Positions 24,491-37,270 of a stretch of 64,000 nt of DNA are shown in pieces. Under the pieces are notes generated by a model. That model had not been told where the DNA came from, did not search any database, and worked only from the letters and a program-made list of their open reading frames with translations. Numbering within the stretch: the first letter of the stretch is position 1; each line of letters starts with the position of its first letter. The DNA lies in assembly GCF_036321535.1 (NCBI RefSeq), contig NC_087437.1:26476001-26540000 (forward strand), written 5' to 3'. The position numbers and the translations under genes were made by a program. The stretch is from Camelus dromedarius. Lineage: Eukaryota.

Positions 24491-27455
24491 CCTGCACTTC
24501 AAGTCCTGCTCCTGCTTGGACTTCTGCTTCATGCCACCTTGCTTAGATGTGTTTCTCTAGGTCAATGATTTACCTAGGAGTGAAACTGCTAAGTCATAGA
24601 GTATGCATATCATCAAATTTACTGCATGGTGCCAAATTACTCTCCGAAGTGTTTATACCAGTTTACCCTCCTACAAGAGGTATATGAGAATTCCTGTTAC
24701 TGTACACATTTCCCGGTCAGTCCAGTATTCTTAGAAAGTTTTAGTTCTCATCAAATTCACCTGTCTTAACATGAGGTCTTCATTTAGTATTTTAGTACCA
24801 ATAAAATTATTTGTTAACATTACTGATTTATACAGACTGCTTTTAAAAATACTGACCTTAAGTAACTTACACATTAACTTAAATGGTAAATTCCAGATTT
24901 AAATATCTATTCATGCACTCAATAAATATATACTGGGCACTTGTTGTGTTCTAGACCCACTGTTCTATCTACACACTGGGGATGCTAGCTTGAGCATAAA
25001 TCAAAACGGAATTGTCATTCCAAAATTTACCAAAAGATTTCATACTGGTTTAACTATTGGATTAATAGTTCAGAAAACATTTTGACTTAATGCATCTTTT
25101 TGTGAATTCCTAATATATAATTGAGATAGGCCTCACAGTTTAAAATTATTTATTAGTCTGTATCTTGAAGATATTTTTCTTTGCATGGGTTGTATTTTTT
25201 AATTCTAAGAAGCATTCATACTTAGCATGACATTTACTTAGTAGGAACTCAAATATTTGCTAATTGTTCCAAGTTATAATTAAATCACAAACCATGTTAA
25301 TTCAGTTATCCTGGTTCTAAAAATACTAAAATAAACAGCAGCTGTCAGAGTTCCAAATCTTTGCTAACATGCCCGCCAATGTATCGATTGACAGTAGTTT
25401 TTAATCTGCACAAAAGGCTGACAGTGTAAAGCTGTTCTCAGTGAACCTGATCATTCCATTGTAAGCCGAATTATGAGAAATTTAGAACGAATCACTGGAT
25501 GAATTTTTTTTTAAATGGCAAACTAAACACCTTCTGATAGTTGTTATTTTCTGTGAAAAAGTCAAACCTTTTTGTCATAATTATGAAAAGGATAAATTCA
25601 AAATGGTTCCACATGAACATAAAATTGGAGACCATTTTTTTAAATTAAAGAAGTTATTCTTTTGCCAAAAGCTTTAATCTTGATTTTTTTTTTTGTTAGT
25701 CCAGATACTTGAGGCTACACAGTTTGAGAGTGTGAAAAGCCTGTCAGGTTCACCACTGTCATAGGATAATGATAGTGTTGAAAATTGGTGTTCTCTGTGT
25801 CTTTCAAGTTTAAGGACTGAAGTAGTCACTTTATCCAAAAGAAATCCCATCTGCTTTTTCTTACCTGAGGGAAGTTATCTCACCAAGAACTCTGACCAGG
25901 CTGCAACATACGATCATGCAGGTTGAATGTTGTACAGCTCAGAGGTTTTCATTCATTCTTCATTATCAGAGATTTTTATATTTGTGATAACAGTTATTTG
26001 AAGGGCAAAGAGCACCTTGAGGAAGTGTTGCTTTTCTTCTAGTTTGCTTAAGGGTGCCACTGAGCCAGTAGAATGTTTGTCCTGGACCGTGAATGATTAA
26101 TGTAGTGCTGTAGCCTGCATAAAAACAGTCAGCTGTGCGATCACTCAGCTCCGAATGCAGACAAAGTTTACAGGACAGATACTCCCATTTCTTTAACGAA
26201 TAAGGTGTAGAAAGAGGGCAGATCTCTTTTAGATTAAAAATCATCAGCCAGACGTAATATTTAGACCTTGCTTGGATCCTAGTTTGAATAAATCATCTGT
26301 GAACGGAAAGTTCTGAGACAATTGAGGATATTTGAATACACCTAGGGTATTGGATGCTATTAAGAAATCACTGTTCATTTTGTTAGGTGTGATAATAGTA
26401 CTGTGATTACATCTTTTAGAAGTCCTTATCTTTTAGAAATACTAAATATGTGTTGATAAAATATGTCTCAGAATTTGCTATAAATACTTCATGAAAAAAA
26501 GTAAAGGAGGGTAAATCTAACAAGAGTAGCAGAATATTGAAAATTGTTGAAACCGAGTGATAGTACAAGGTGGTATAATGGTATAGCATTATACTTTTAT
26601 GTTTGGGTTTTTTTTTCTAATTTAAAAAATAAAAGGAGCAAAGAAAGAAATTACCTACTCTCACTGGATCTTATGTCCAAAGGGAAATCCAGTAGAAGTC
26701 AGTGAGGAATGTTAATTATTTTACCTCTCCTCCCTGCAGGAATCATTCCATTTTAGGAATTACAGAGAGCTCTAAAACTCCACGGGAACCACAAATCATT
26801 TCCTTTCCTATAGCTGGTTCCTAAGCTCCCTTCTACCACAGATAAACTTTAGTAATTGGTATCAAAGCTGCATTAGTTGGAGGGGTGGAGGTATGTAAGG
26901 AATGTAAGTAGTTCTAATGAACCCCATAGCAATGAGGACGTTAGCAGTTAATTTTTAGAAGATCAGCAGAATGATACAGTGGAAAGAACACAGGATATGG
27001 AACCAAAAGACCTGGTGCTAGTAATGATTAGATGTGTGACCTTGAGCAAACCCTTAACCTACCTTTCTGATAATACCTGCCATAAGTACCTCACTAAGAC
27101 ATGAGAAGAAAATAATGCAAAACCGTGTCTCTTCAAGTACAAATTATTATAGACCCAAACTAAGCAAGTTTAGTATCATGCTAGCCTTGAATCTATGCAG
27201 TCTTGCAGGCCAGCTTAGATACTGAAGTCTCAGTTCTTCCATTAAGCTCTGCTTTAGTACAGTTCGTGGTACCTAGCAGGCACTTCGTCTGTATTTGCCA
27301 AATAAATGTCAATGTATGTCTATTATTATAATGGAAATTTTAGAAAACTTATAAAGAGACGTGACTCATTCACAAGGAATTTCCAATCCAGTGGAGATAG
27401 GGCAAATGTAATTTATGTATGTTTCCACGGAAAAATAAGACTTTCCATCACAATA

Positions 27456-27874
27456 CAGGTATCCCCCACTTTCTGAAAGTTCGCTTTACGCCCACTTCAC
27501 TTTTATGAAAGACCTACATTAGTACCTGTTTTTGCTAACTGAAAGAAATCTGAAGAGGATTTTTGTTTCTACAAAAAAAGGGCGAAAAGCAAATAGTGTT
27601 CAGCATTTGTTTTGCAGCAAGTCGTCATAGAAGGCAGGACATGCCACAGGCAGTGAGAGTGGCACCCCAGCTCCTTCCCTGGGAACTACACTCGGCACCT
27701 CAGCATCAAGCCGCCGTGGCTTCGAACTGTGTCTGTGAGCATCTGTGCTTTAATCTCAATTTATGTGCATCCGTTAGCAAGATGTGTCCTAAGGTAACTG
27801 CTTGTCCACTTTACGCCATTTTGGCTTATTAAAGGTTTCAAAATACTCTACTTTCAGGTAGCTGGGGAAACCTG
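27456..27874. mobile_element. Tigger/pogo-type MITE
   Basis: TA on both sides; 25-bp imperfect TIRs CAGGTATCCCCCACTTTCTGAAAGT / revcomp CAGGTTTCCCCAGCTACCTGAAAGT. Confidence 0.85.
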
Positions 27875-30323
27875 TACTGTAGTTCTTATATTACAGTAAA
27901 GCATGTGGTCCAGTGAGGAAAAGTAGATACTCCATCTCTGCAGAGATACTACATCCTGTAGTCTGAACAAGCTGCACATACTGTTCAGGATATAATTAAT
28001 GTTTAATAGTAGTTACATTATTTCAGGATAAAACATACTCAAAACACTAACCATCTCTTCAACATTCAGAATTAACTTACCGATTTTTAGTTTAAAAAAT
28101 ATTACCAGTTTGTATATAGTTAATTTGCTCCCATTCCCTCTCCTGCTCCTTTTACATGTTAATAAAAGTCAAATAAAACACTTAAAAGTTTTTAAACTTT
28201 TGTTAAATGAAAATAGCCATCACTTAAGATTACCTGCATTATCTCTGATTCACCCCTTCTCTTTTATTGCCTCTGTCTAGTCTCCAAATGTAGTCAGTTC
28301 TTTCAAAATGATGATTGGATCTGATCATTTCTTTCCATTCTTGTGGTCACTTTATCATGTGAGCCCACATCAGTTTATTACTTGAATCTTGGGAGTACCA
28401 AACATTAGGTCAGTTTTACTGTCTCTAGGCTCATCTCTACATCCCAGGCCCAGGTCCCTTCAACACCCTGAGTTGATGAAAAAATTTTAAGATGTTATTT
28501 TCATATATCAATCATTCCTCTGCCTGAAAGCTTTCAGTTGGCCTCTACTTCTTAAGAGATGCCAAGATCAGAGTCTTCATCTTGGTATGCAAAGCTTTTC
28601 ATAATTTGGCTCCACAAACTCATCCAGCCTTACTTTCCACTGCTCTTTATTTTCTAATTTTGCATAAATTACATTTTTTAGACTAATTTGACTTTGATTA
28701 AATTAGACCTTGATTTTGCTATGTTTCTTTCTTTTCTGCAAAAGTTTTTCAACTGTTTACTCTCCCAGTAGTGTTGCAATTTTTTCACAGTTGTGCATGC
28801 AACTATTAAATGATTGAAAACGTGAAGGGAAGTATAGAACACCTCTGTGAGTGCTCATCACTCCAGTGAGTCAGCACCAAACTAAGGAGGTCGTAAAAGA
28901 ACTCTTGTAGGTTTAGAATATAGTGGAAATGTTAATATTTATGTTAGGGGAATCGGTAACATTTTGGAAATATTTGCCAACAAACGAAAAAGATTTTGGC
29001 ATTTGGAAATCTTCCATAGCATAGCCTGTAATCAAACCCACAAAAACCAGCAACTTGAGGCCCTGGCCCAAGAAGAGTATCTGTGAAGGCTAGTCAGCCC
29101 TCTCTTTTGCTTACCATACTTGGGGACGTGATCATTTTAAATCTTCCTGTTTGTTGATCTTTACCTTTGCAACTACTTCAGAAATGTTTCTGCTGATTAA
29201 TACTTAAGTGTTTTAAACATTGATTTAGCCATTTCTAGCACATATAAAATAGTAATAGCCTTTTAGTTATTTCCTTGCTTCTGAAGCAGCCAGCTTCCTT
29301 AAAATTTCTTCATTACTCGTATTATCCTCAGAAATAGCTTTTCAATTGAAATTGTGGTTTCCTGAGTTTCCCGCATCATTCAACTAATGCGTTTCTCCAG
29401 GCTTGTAACCCAAGACTAGTTACCACATACCATGTTTCACAGCAAATGAAAAACCCTTGTGTTTTCACTAAGTAGTCCCTCTACTGAGCATTTACGGCAG
29501 TCTCAGTGGGAGTGGTCTCTCCCGCTTTGTCAGTGTGTGAGGGAGCCAGATCCTTGAGATGTAAATAATTTTTTTAAAATGGGTTTTATATTTTAAAGTT
29601 TAAGTTACCAGGCATTTTTCTTTTATAGCTTAATCATTGAGATTTTCCAAGATAATATATGTAGAAGGAGATTTTATTTCAGAGACTGGAAAAAAGCAAC
29701 ATAGCATTTTATAGCAGAGTACATAACATGGGGTGATACTTAATTCTTATCATTTTTATTTCTTTATTTATTAAGACATGCTTAATTTTTATAACTTCTT
29801 TTAACTGCCTTTCATCTAACCTTAAAAGTAAATGTTCCTTTGCTCAGGGCTTAAAAATAATCAGGAAGAATTCTCAAGCAAATCTGGCTTATAAAATATT
29901 TTATCCTGTTGTCTCTTGTTCTGATTTCTTGGGGGCTGGTATGAAGGAGGGCAGAACAAAAGATAAGATTCATTTATCTTTATTTGCTAAAAAGAGCTGC
30001 CATTGTTTTCTTTACTGGCAGAGCAGGGAGTAAGTGCAAGGCACTGTCTCTACAAGAAGAGTCATTTTTGCTTTGAAGCTCCTGAATCCAATGCTCTATC
30101 TTCCCTGGGCAGATTATTTTAAATGTATATTAAGTCATTTTCTCTCATGAAAATAGTATGCGTTTAGCCCTGAATGTTCACTCTCTTTATCTTTTACTTT
30201 GAGGAAGCCCATTCTGGTTGATGTAAGGCCTGGACTAGTCTGTTATAAAACTGAACAGTTAAGTTAAGCTCTGCATCAATTTGTATACACTATGACTAGG
30301 TTATTTTAAACTAGCTCATTTTT

Positions 30324-30751
30324 TTTTAAATTGAGGTATAGTTGATTTATAATATTATGTAAGTTTCAGGTGTACAATATAGTGATTCACAATTTTTAAA
30401 GGTTATACTCCATTTAGTTATTATAAAATATTGGTTATATTCCCCTTGTTGTACAACATATCCTTGTAGCTTATTTATTTTATAACTAATAGTTTGTACC
30501 CCCACCCATATCTTGGCCCTCCCTTCTTCCCTCTCGCCACTGGTAAACCACTAGTTTGTTCTCTATATCCATCAGTCTGTTTCTTTTTTAATTATATTCA
30601 TAGTTTGTTTTGTTTCTTAGATTCCACATAAGTGATACCATACAATATTTGTCTTTCTCTGTTGGACTTACTTCCGTAAGCGTAATATCCTCTACGTCCA
30701 TCCATGTTATTGCAAATAGCAGAATTTCACTCAGTAGATGAGCAGTATTCC

Positions 30752-30790
<39 letters not shown>

Positions 30791-31353
30791 ACAACACGTC
30801 TTTATTCATCTGCTGAGGGACACTGAGGTTGCTTCCATATCTTAGCAGTTGTACATAATTCTGCTATGAACGTTGGGGTACATGAATCTTTTCAAATTAG
30901 TGTTTTTGCTTCCTTCAGTTATATACCCAGGAGTAGAACTGCTGGATTATATGGTAGATCTGTTTCTAGTTTTTTGAGGAACCTCCATACAGTTTTCCAC
31001 AGTGGCTGCACCAATTTACATTCCCACCATGTACAAGAGTCCCCTTTTCTCCACATCCTTACCAACAGTGGTTATCTGTGGTCTTTTTGATGATGGCCGG
31101 GTGTAAAGTGGTACCGCGCTCTGGTTTGGCTTTGCATTTCTCTGATTAGTGATGTTGAGCATCTTTTCATGTGCCTATTGGCCGCCAGTATGTCTTTTTT
31201 GGGAAAACGTCTATTCAGGTCTTCTGCCCATTATTTAATTGTGTGTTGAGTTGTATGAGCTATTTATGTATTTTTGGGTATTGACCCCTATCGGTCATAT
31301 CACTTGCAAATATTTTCTCCCATTCGGTAGGTTGTCTTTTCAATTTGCTGATG
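30324..31353 (-). mobile_element. 5'-truncated L1 with TSD and internal (TG)n at 30754-30788
   Basis: TSD ACTA(G/A)CTCATTTTT at 30310-30323 and 31354-31367. Confidence 0.9.
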
Positions 31354-32234
31354 ACTAACTCATTTTTGAGTCATCTTTAAAAACAGTGATTTCTCTTTCT
31401 ATATTTAATTTTATGTCCAAGTGTTTTAGTTATAATGTGGCTAAATACAGGTCCCCACCTAACTTTTCATTTTATTTTGTTCAAGACTGAAAGAAGGCCA
31501 GTGTGACTAAAGCATGAGTGAAAGGGGCAGACTGGTAAGATGGGTGATCTGTGTATTGGATCCTTTTCAGCTCTATGAAGGCCATGACAAGGAGCTCAGA
31601 TTTTATTCTGGGTGACGTGGGGAACCATTTAAATGGGACTGATGTGATGCGATTGATGTTTTTAAAAAATCACCCAGGCTGCTATGGAGAAAAACCACAT
31701 GAGGCAGGAATAGAAGAGGCTTTTATAGTAATCCAGGCTATTGGACCATCATAAATTGAGGAAACAGAGAAGGGGACAGACTGAGGATATGTTTCACAGA
31801 TAAAAGTTTACGGGACTTGGTGACACTGAATATAAGCTATAAGGGAAAGAAGCATCAAGGATGTGCCCATGCCTGATACTCAGTTTATGCACTGCAGTGG
31901 CTGCCTTAAGTCTTGTGTGATTTCTATTCTGATGGGTCAAGGCCTTGGCTGTACCTGATGACCCAAGGTTTGGGGAAAAAACTAGGGAGGAACAGGTTTA
32001 GAGGGGAAAAATCAAAGTTCTATCTACATACATATTATAACATTCCTAGATTGGTAAGACTTTAAAAGTGCCTTCATGAAAATTTTCTCAAACATTATTC
32101 AAATAACAATATGAATCACATTCCAGATAGAAGCATTCCAATATTGTTTTACAAAACAGACATGAATCTCACCCCTCCTGCAACTTTTAAATTAGCAAAG
32201 CCATTGTCTGATAAAGCCTGGAGGGGTTTTACGT

Positions 32235-32449
32235 CAGGGTCTTTCAACCTTGATGCACTACTGGCATTTTAGGTGGGAAAATTCTTTCTTTGAGGGGCTG
32301 TCTAGAGCATTGCAGGACATTCAGTAGTATCCCTGACCTACTAGATGCCAGCAGCACCTACTCCCAGCTGTGAAAACCAAAAATGTCTCCAGATACCATC
32401 AAATGTTCCTGGTGGGGGGGGAGGAATCATCCCCACGTGAGCGCCACTG
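32235..32449 (-). mobile_element. MER20 hAT-Charlie element
   Basis: ctactagatgccagcagcac...aaccaaaaatgtctccagat...aaatgttcctgg matches reversed MER20. Confidence 0.85.
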
Positions 32450-33586
32450 GTTTATAATAAGCAACAAAACTTTCTAGCATGGTGCTGAAAACAACAAAAC
32501 TAACATTTACTTGTTTGTCCAGTAGTTCTGGAAGTATAAGATAAAAGGGCACTTGCTACAGCACTTTTATCTTATGCTACCAGAACTATTGGACAAATTG
32601 GTTAATTAAAAAAAAAATCTGCTAAAGTTGTAGCTTATTTTAAAAATACATAAATGCCTGAAATTTAACTTAAATATAAAAACCACTCAACAGTTGTTTG
32701 ATGTTGGACCGTTGTCTTGAGTATGAATCCGCTGACTGGATTTCCAAGTTGTCATGTTACGTGATGCATTTTCTGCCATGTATTTTTAAATGGGACAAAA
32801 TTTGATTCATTCTTGCCTTTTAATTGATACATAAGTTTGTCCAGTCTTTTGGACTTATCACTCATTTAATCACATTTTGGCTGGAGAGGGGTTGGGGGCA
32901 CAACTAGCTTAATTTATTAAGTGTCTGTCAACCTAGCTTTCAAATAAAATCAGTCTTTTACACTCACAGTTAAAGGGCTGCTAAATATTTAAATTATGTA
33001 ATTACCCTAAGTACAACCAACAGGTTCACTGACCATTGCCACTAGATCTTCAGCGCTGACAGAAGCACGTGGGGTGTTGAGAGCAGCCTCCTAGCCACAG
33101 CCTCAAGTGTACTGTGTCATAAACCACGGTGCCTGTCAGGCCAGTTTTATCAGGCGGAGATTGGCTAAGAGGTACTGTATGTGCCAAACACCAGGGAAAG
33201 TACTCTACTTGCATTCTCTTTTAATCCACAACAATCCTAAAACATAGATATGTTACTTTTTGTTTTGCCTTCGAGAATACTGAAACATAAAGATGTGTCT
33301 TGCACAAGGTAACGTAGGTAATAAAATGATCAGGATGAGAATCCTAGGCATTCTAACATACGGTTTACCGTTTCATCACAAGTCCAAGGCCCCACAGAGC
33401 ACTAGGCTCCAGTCATGATCACAAATTACACCTTTGAATCTTCATCTGTTATCTTCAAAGTAAGTACTGTGGCGAGAAAATATGAGAGATCAATATAAAT
33501 TGACCACTTGGAACAGTTCAAAGGATTGATAGTAAAGCTCAGTGACTTAGGCATCAACTCCATACCTTTGGGCTAACCCAAATACT

Positions 33587-33975
33587 ATGTTATTTATTTC
33601 CTATTGCTGTGGTGACAAGTTACCACAAATATAGTGGCTTAAAACAACACAAATTTATTATCTTACAGTTCTGTAAGTTAGAAGTCTGATGGGTCTCACT
33701 GAGCTAAAATTAAGATGTCAGCAGGGTTGCATTCTTTTCTGGAGGCTTTAGGGGGAAGAATCTGTCTTCCAGCTTCTGGAGGCCACCATATTCTCTGGCC
33801 TGTAACCCTCCTCCCTCTTAGTGTCAAAGCCAGTAGCACTGTATCTCCCTGACTATTCATTCACAGTCACATCTTCCTCTGACTCTGGACTTTTCTGCCT
33901 CTTTCTTACAATTTTAAGGGCCCTTGTGATGACACTGGACCCGCTTGGATAACACAGGATAACCTCCCCAACCTG
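33587..33975. mobile_element. MLT1 LTR
   Basis: agtggcttaaaacaacacaaatttattatcttacagttctgtaagttagaagtctga. Confidence 0.8.
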
Positions 33976-35298
33976 AATAAAATGAGGCTTAGAGCTGTGG
34001 CACAGCTCCGGACGGGTTTTGTCCTGTTCAATTACATTAACTAAATGTTTTTTTAGTGGACATTTTCAGAAAGTCTTAAGACCAAGTTTGATTTGTATGA
34101 GAAAATCAGCATGACTGAATTGCTTGATATGTTGAACCTGTCCTCAGAGCCCAAGTAAATAAATGGATCAACTGTGTAATTACAGATAATTTAAGATACA
34201 TTGGAGTCCTTTAGTATTTTAATAGTTTGAGATAAGTGTAATCAATCAGTCTCACCAAATTCCACACGGGAGTTTCTAACATAGAACCTTGTATTTGTTA
34301 TAGAATATATTTGATAGGTGAAAGTATAGGAAACCAAATTCAAGATACTGAACAAAAATTACTAATTTTCATTAAAGCTTTCTATTTAGGACTCCTTCTG
34401 AATGTGCCATTCTAAATGTCCATGGGTTGTTAAAGGGATTGTTTTGATAGAACTATCACTGCCTTCTTTATGTGTTAGCTTATCCAGCCTATCTATCCAG
34501 ACAGTGGCTTTATTTCTGACATGCCTCCTGAGGTGGTTGCCCTGGGTGTGGGACAGGTAATGAATTTACCAGTCTTCTGTTCCCTGGCATTCTGGTAAGT
34601 TTTTACCTAACATATACACGTAACGGAAAACACTGAATTTGAAGCGGCCACTATGGTTGCTACCACTACACAGAAAGTCACTACTGACCGAGTTTAAAAA
34701 GGTGCTGTGTGTAAGACTGCTAGTTCCTTTAAAAACTTCTAACTACATTTGAATTCCAGAAAGATCCATGAATTAATAAATTTATGATAATAAAGGTGGT
34801 AAGTTCAACAGTAAGTAAAGTGATATTAATAATAAACACCATTTAGTGAGTACCTGTGTGCTTGCCCCTTAATCTCATTTCATCCTTAGAACTCTGCAGA
34901 GTAGACTCATTCTACCAATAAAAGAACTGGATGTCAAAGGCTAAGTAACCTGCCAAGCATGATAGAACTAGTAAATGCTGGAAGAGATTTGAAGCTCAGT
35001 ATGTCTCACTGCATATGTGTTATATAAAACACAATGGAATTTTGATTTTATAAAAATCTTTTGCAAAAGTAATCAAGGTAAACAAATTTGACACACATTT
35101 TTATTTTAGGTAAAAGGCTTATTATTTAAATTAAAACTTCAAGTTCCTGAACTTGAAGCAGCTCCCTGATCTGACAGAAAACAAAAGGTATCATTTAACC
35201 ATAGATAGATCAGAAGGCATTTAAAAGAATCAACTGAGGAAGAACTTGAGAAGTTTGAGAAGTTAGGGATACTTTCTCTACACTTGTTAAAGAACATT

Positions 35299-35440
35299 TA
35301 TTTTTATTTTTTGTAAAATTTATTTCTTTAGGGGAGGTAATTAGTTATTTGATTGTTTTAAATGGAGGTACTGGGATTGAACCCAGCACCTTGTGCATGC
35401 TAAGAATGTGCTCTACCAGTGAGCTTTACCCTACACCCCC
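35299..35440 (-). mobile_element. tRNA-Ala-derived SINE (Vic-1 type)
   Basis: Same family as 4271-4402 (ggggaggtaattag...ctgggattgaaccc...ctctaccagtgagct); ends 38 nt before the RING exon. Confidence 0.85.
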
Positions 35441-35478
35441 ATCTTTTGATTAATTTTATTCACTATTTTCTATCACAG

Positions 35479-35559
35479 GAGATGAGTATGACGTATGTGC
35501 CATTTGTTTGGATGAATATGAAGATGGAGACAAGCTCAGAATCCTTCCCTGTTCTCATG
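35479..35559 (+). CDS. RNF13: RNF13 coding exon (N-half of RING-H2)
   Basis: tatcacAG acceptor and ATG|GTATGA donor; 81 nt; (G)[26 protein letters not shown]. Confidence 0.97.
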
Positions 35560-35847
35560 GTATGAGTAATAACACTGCTTTGAATTTACGTGTGTGATTT
35601 ACACTTAGGTCAGTATTTGAGGGAGAGACAGAAAATAGTTACTATTAGCACACTGTAAGCCAGGCCTTGTACTGATTAGTGGTCTCATTAAAGGACAGAA
35701 ATGTGTTTATAAAAATTTACAAATTTCTCTTCTGTTGTCCCTATTATGATACATATATATCAGAAGAACATGAACATGGCAAGAGATTAAAAATAATGTT
35801 CTTAACCGCAGTATACTACCTAAAAGATACATATTTTGCTTCAACAG

Positions 35848-36212
35848 CTTATCACTGCAAGTGTGTAGATCCTTGGCTAACTAAAACTAAAAAAACCTGT
35901 CCAGTCTGCAAGCAGAAAGTTGTTCCTTCTCAAGGTGATTCAGACTCTGACACAGACAGCAGTCAAGAAGAGAACGAAGTATCAGAACACACCCCTCTGC
36001 TCAGACCTTTGGCTTCTGTCAGCACCCAGTCATTTGGGGCTTTATCGGAATCCCGTTCACATCAGAACATGACAGAATCTTCAGACTATGAGGAAGATGA
36101 CAATGAAGATACTGACAGTAGTGAGGTAGAAAACGAAATTAATGAACATAGTGTTGTGGTCCAACTGCAGCCGAATGGTGAACAGGATTACAACATAGCA
36201 AATACTGTTTGA
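35848..36212 (+). CDS. RNF13: RNF13 last coding exon (C-half of RING-H2, Ser/acidic tail, EHTPLL dileucine motif)
   Basis: ttcaacAG acceptor; (A)YHCKCVDPWLTKTKKTCPVCKQKVV...EHTPLL...DYNIANTV*, matching the tail of ORF 35679..36212; TGA at 36210-36212. Confidence 0.97.
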
Positions 36213-37270
36213 CCTTCAGAGGGTAATTGGGTTATTCCCTTTAAGATGTTTATTTAGGCACACAGTTTGATTTTTTTTTTTTTTTGCTCCCTTCAGAGAT
36301 TTCTGTAGAAATAACTTATTTTTCAGTATTCTACAGTTTAATCAGATTACTGAAACAGGTTTTTTTGATCTGGCATTTATCTGTAGGAGTATACCTTCAT
36401 TCACTAATAACTAATAGACTGGTGCTGTAACTCAAGCATCAAATCAGCTCTTCTTTTGGAATGAAATATAGCCAAAACATTAAAAAAAAATCCTCAGTAT
36501 GGCTTGCAATTAAGACCTAGATCACATTATGCAAATGTTTAATTTTTTTTGTTACACACACATCAGTGCTGTGGCCACCTAGCATGAGCTAATAAGCCAG
36601 CTCCTATCTCCATAAAGTTACCTATAGTTGTTGAACTGGAATGTTTATTCTGGTATTTCCCCAAATTGCCATCATTAGTGAGAGGCAACAAGGTAATTTA
36701 GCATTTGTCCTCCTATCAGCACCACAAAGACACTCAAAGCTGTCTTTTTCCTTTCTATTCCCAAGTAGTCTTATCCCGGTAGGAACAGTCTATACTAGCG
36801 CAGATTTCGTTTTTTTGTTTTTTGGGTTTTTTTTTAACTTTTAATACTATAGTGTTATGTATGAATTTGATTCATCAGCTAAAAGTAATGTCTCTGGATT
36901 TTACTTGCTGAATTTCAGTATCCTTAAGGGTTTTGTGTTGTGATCAAAGCAAGAAAATGCTGTATAAAAGTACCAAACTTCAGCAACTGTTAATACTGAG
37001 ATCATATACCTCTTAATAAAGAGCATCTTATGCTAATTAGCCCTGCTAAACTATGTACAGAGGAAATTGTTCAAGTATTGGATTTGAAAATATTGCTTAT
37101 GTCTAACAGAACTAATGATGTATTTAAACAATGTATTATGAAATGGTAAATTATACATTATTGTAACTATGTAGAAAATAGATTTATGTATAATCAAAAT
37201 GCTAAGAATTTTTATATGGCCTTGTATGAAGGGAGTTTGAATGTTAATAAACACGTTTTTTCACTTTAAA
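36213..37270 (+). other. RNF13: RNF13 3' UTR
   Basis: AT-rich sequence with no recognisable repeats after the stop; AATAAA at 37015-37020 and 37246-37251; end approximate. Confidence 0.8.
37246..37251 (+). terminator. RNF13 polyadenylation signal (distal; proximal one at 37015-37020)
   Basis: AATAAA with upstream TGTA elements and downstream T/GT-rich sequence. Confidence 0.7.

Noticed and set aside
32544..32568. AAAAGTGCTG (miR-17/106-like seed) on the minus strand of the hairpin
   Set aside because: Abuts the loop, the wrong register for a mature 5p miRNA, and the rest does not match the family.
35137..35158. CTTCAAGTTC-CT-GAACTTGAAG inverted repeat (a smaller one at 48051-48071)
   Set aside because: Arms of 8-10 bp are near chance expectation in 64 kb of AT-rich DNA; no other support.
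35679..35847. N-terminal part of the 177-aa ORF
   Set aside because: Intronic; the true exon starts at the AG at 35846-35847 and joins the upstream RING exon in frame.
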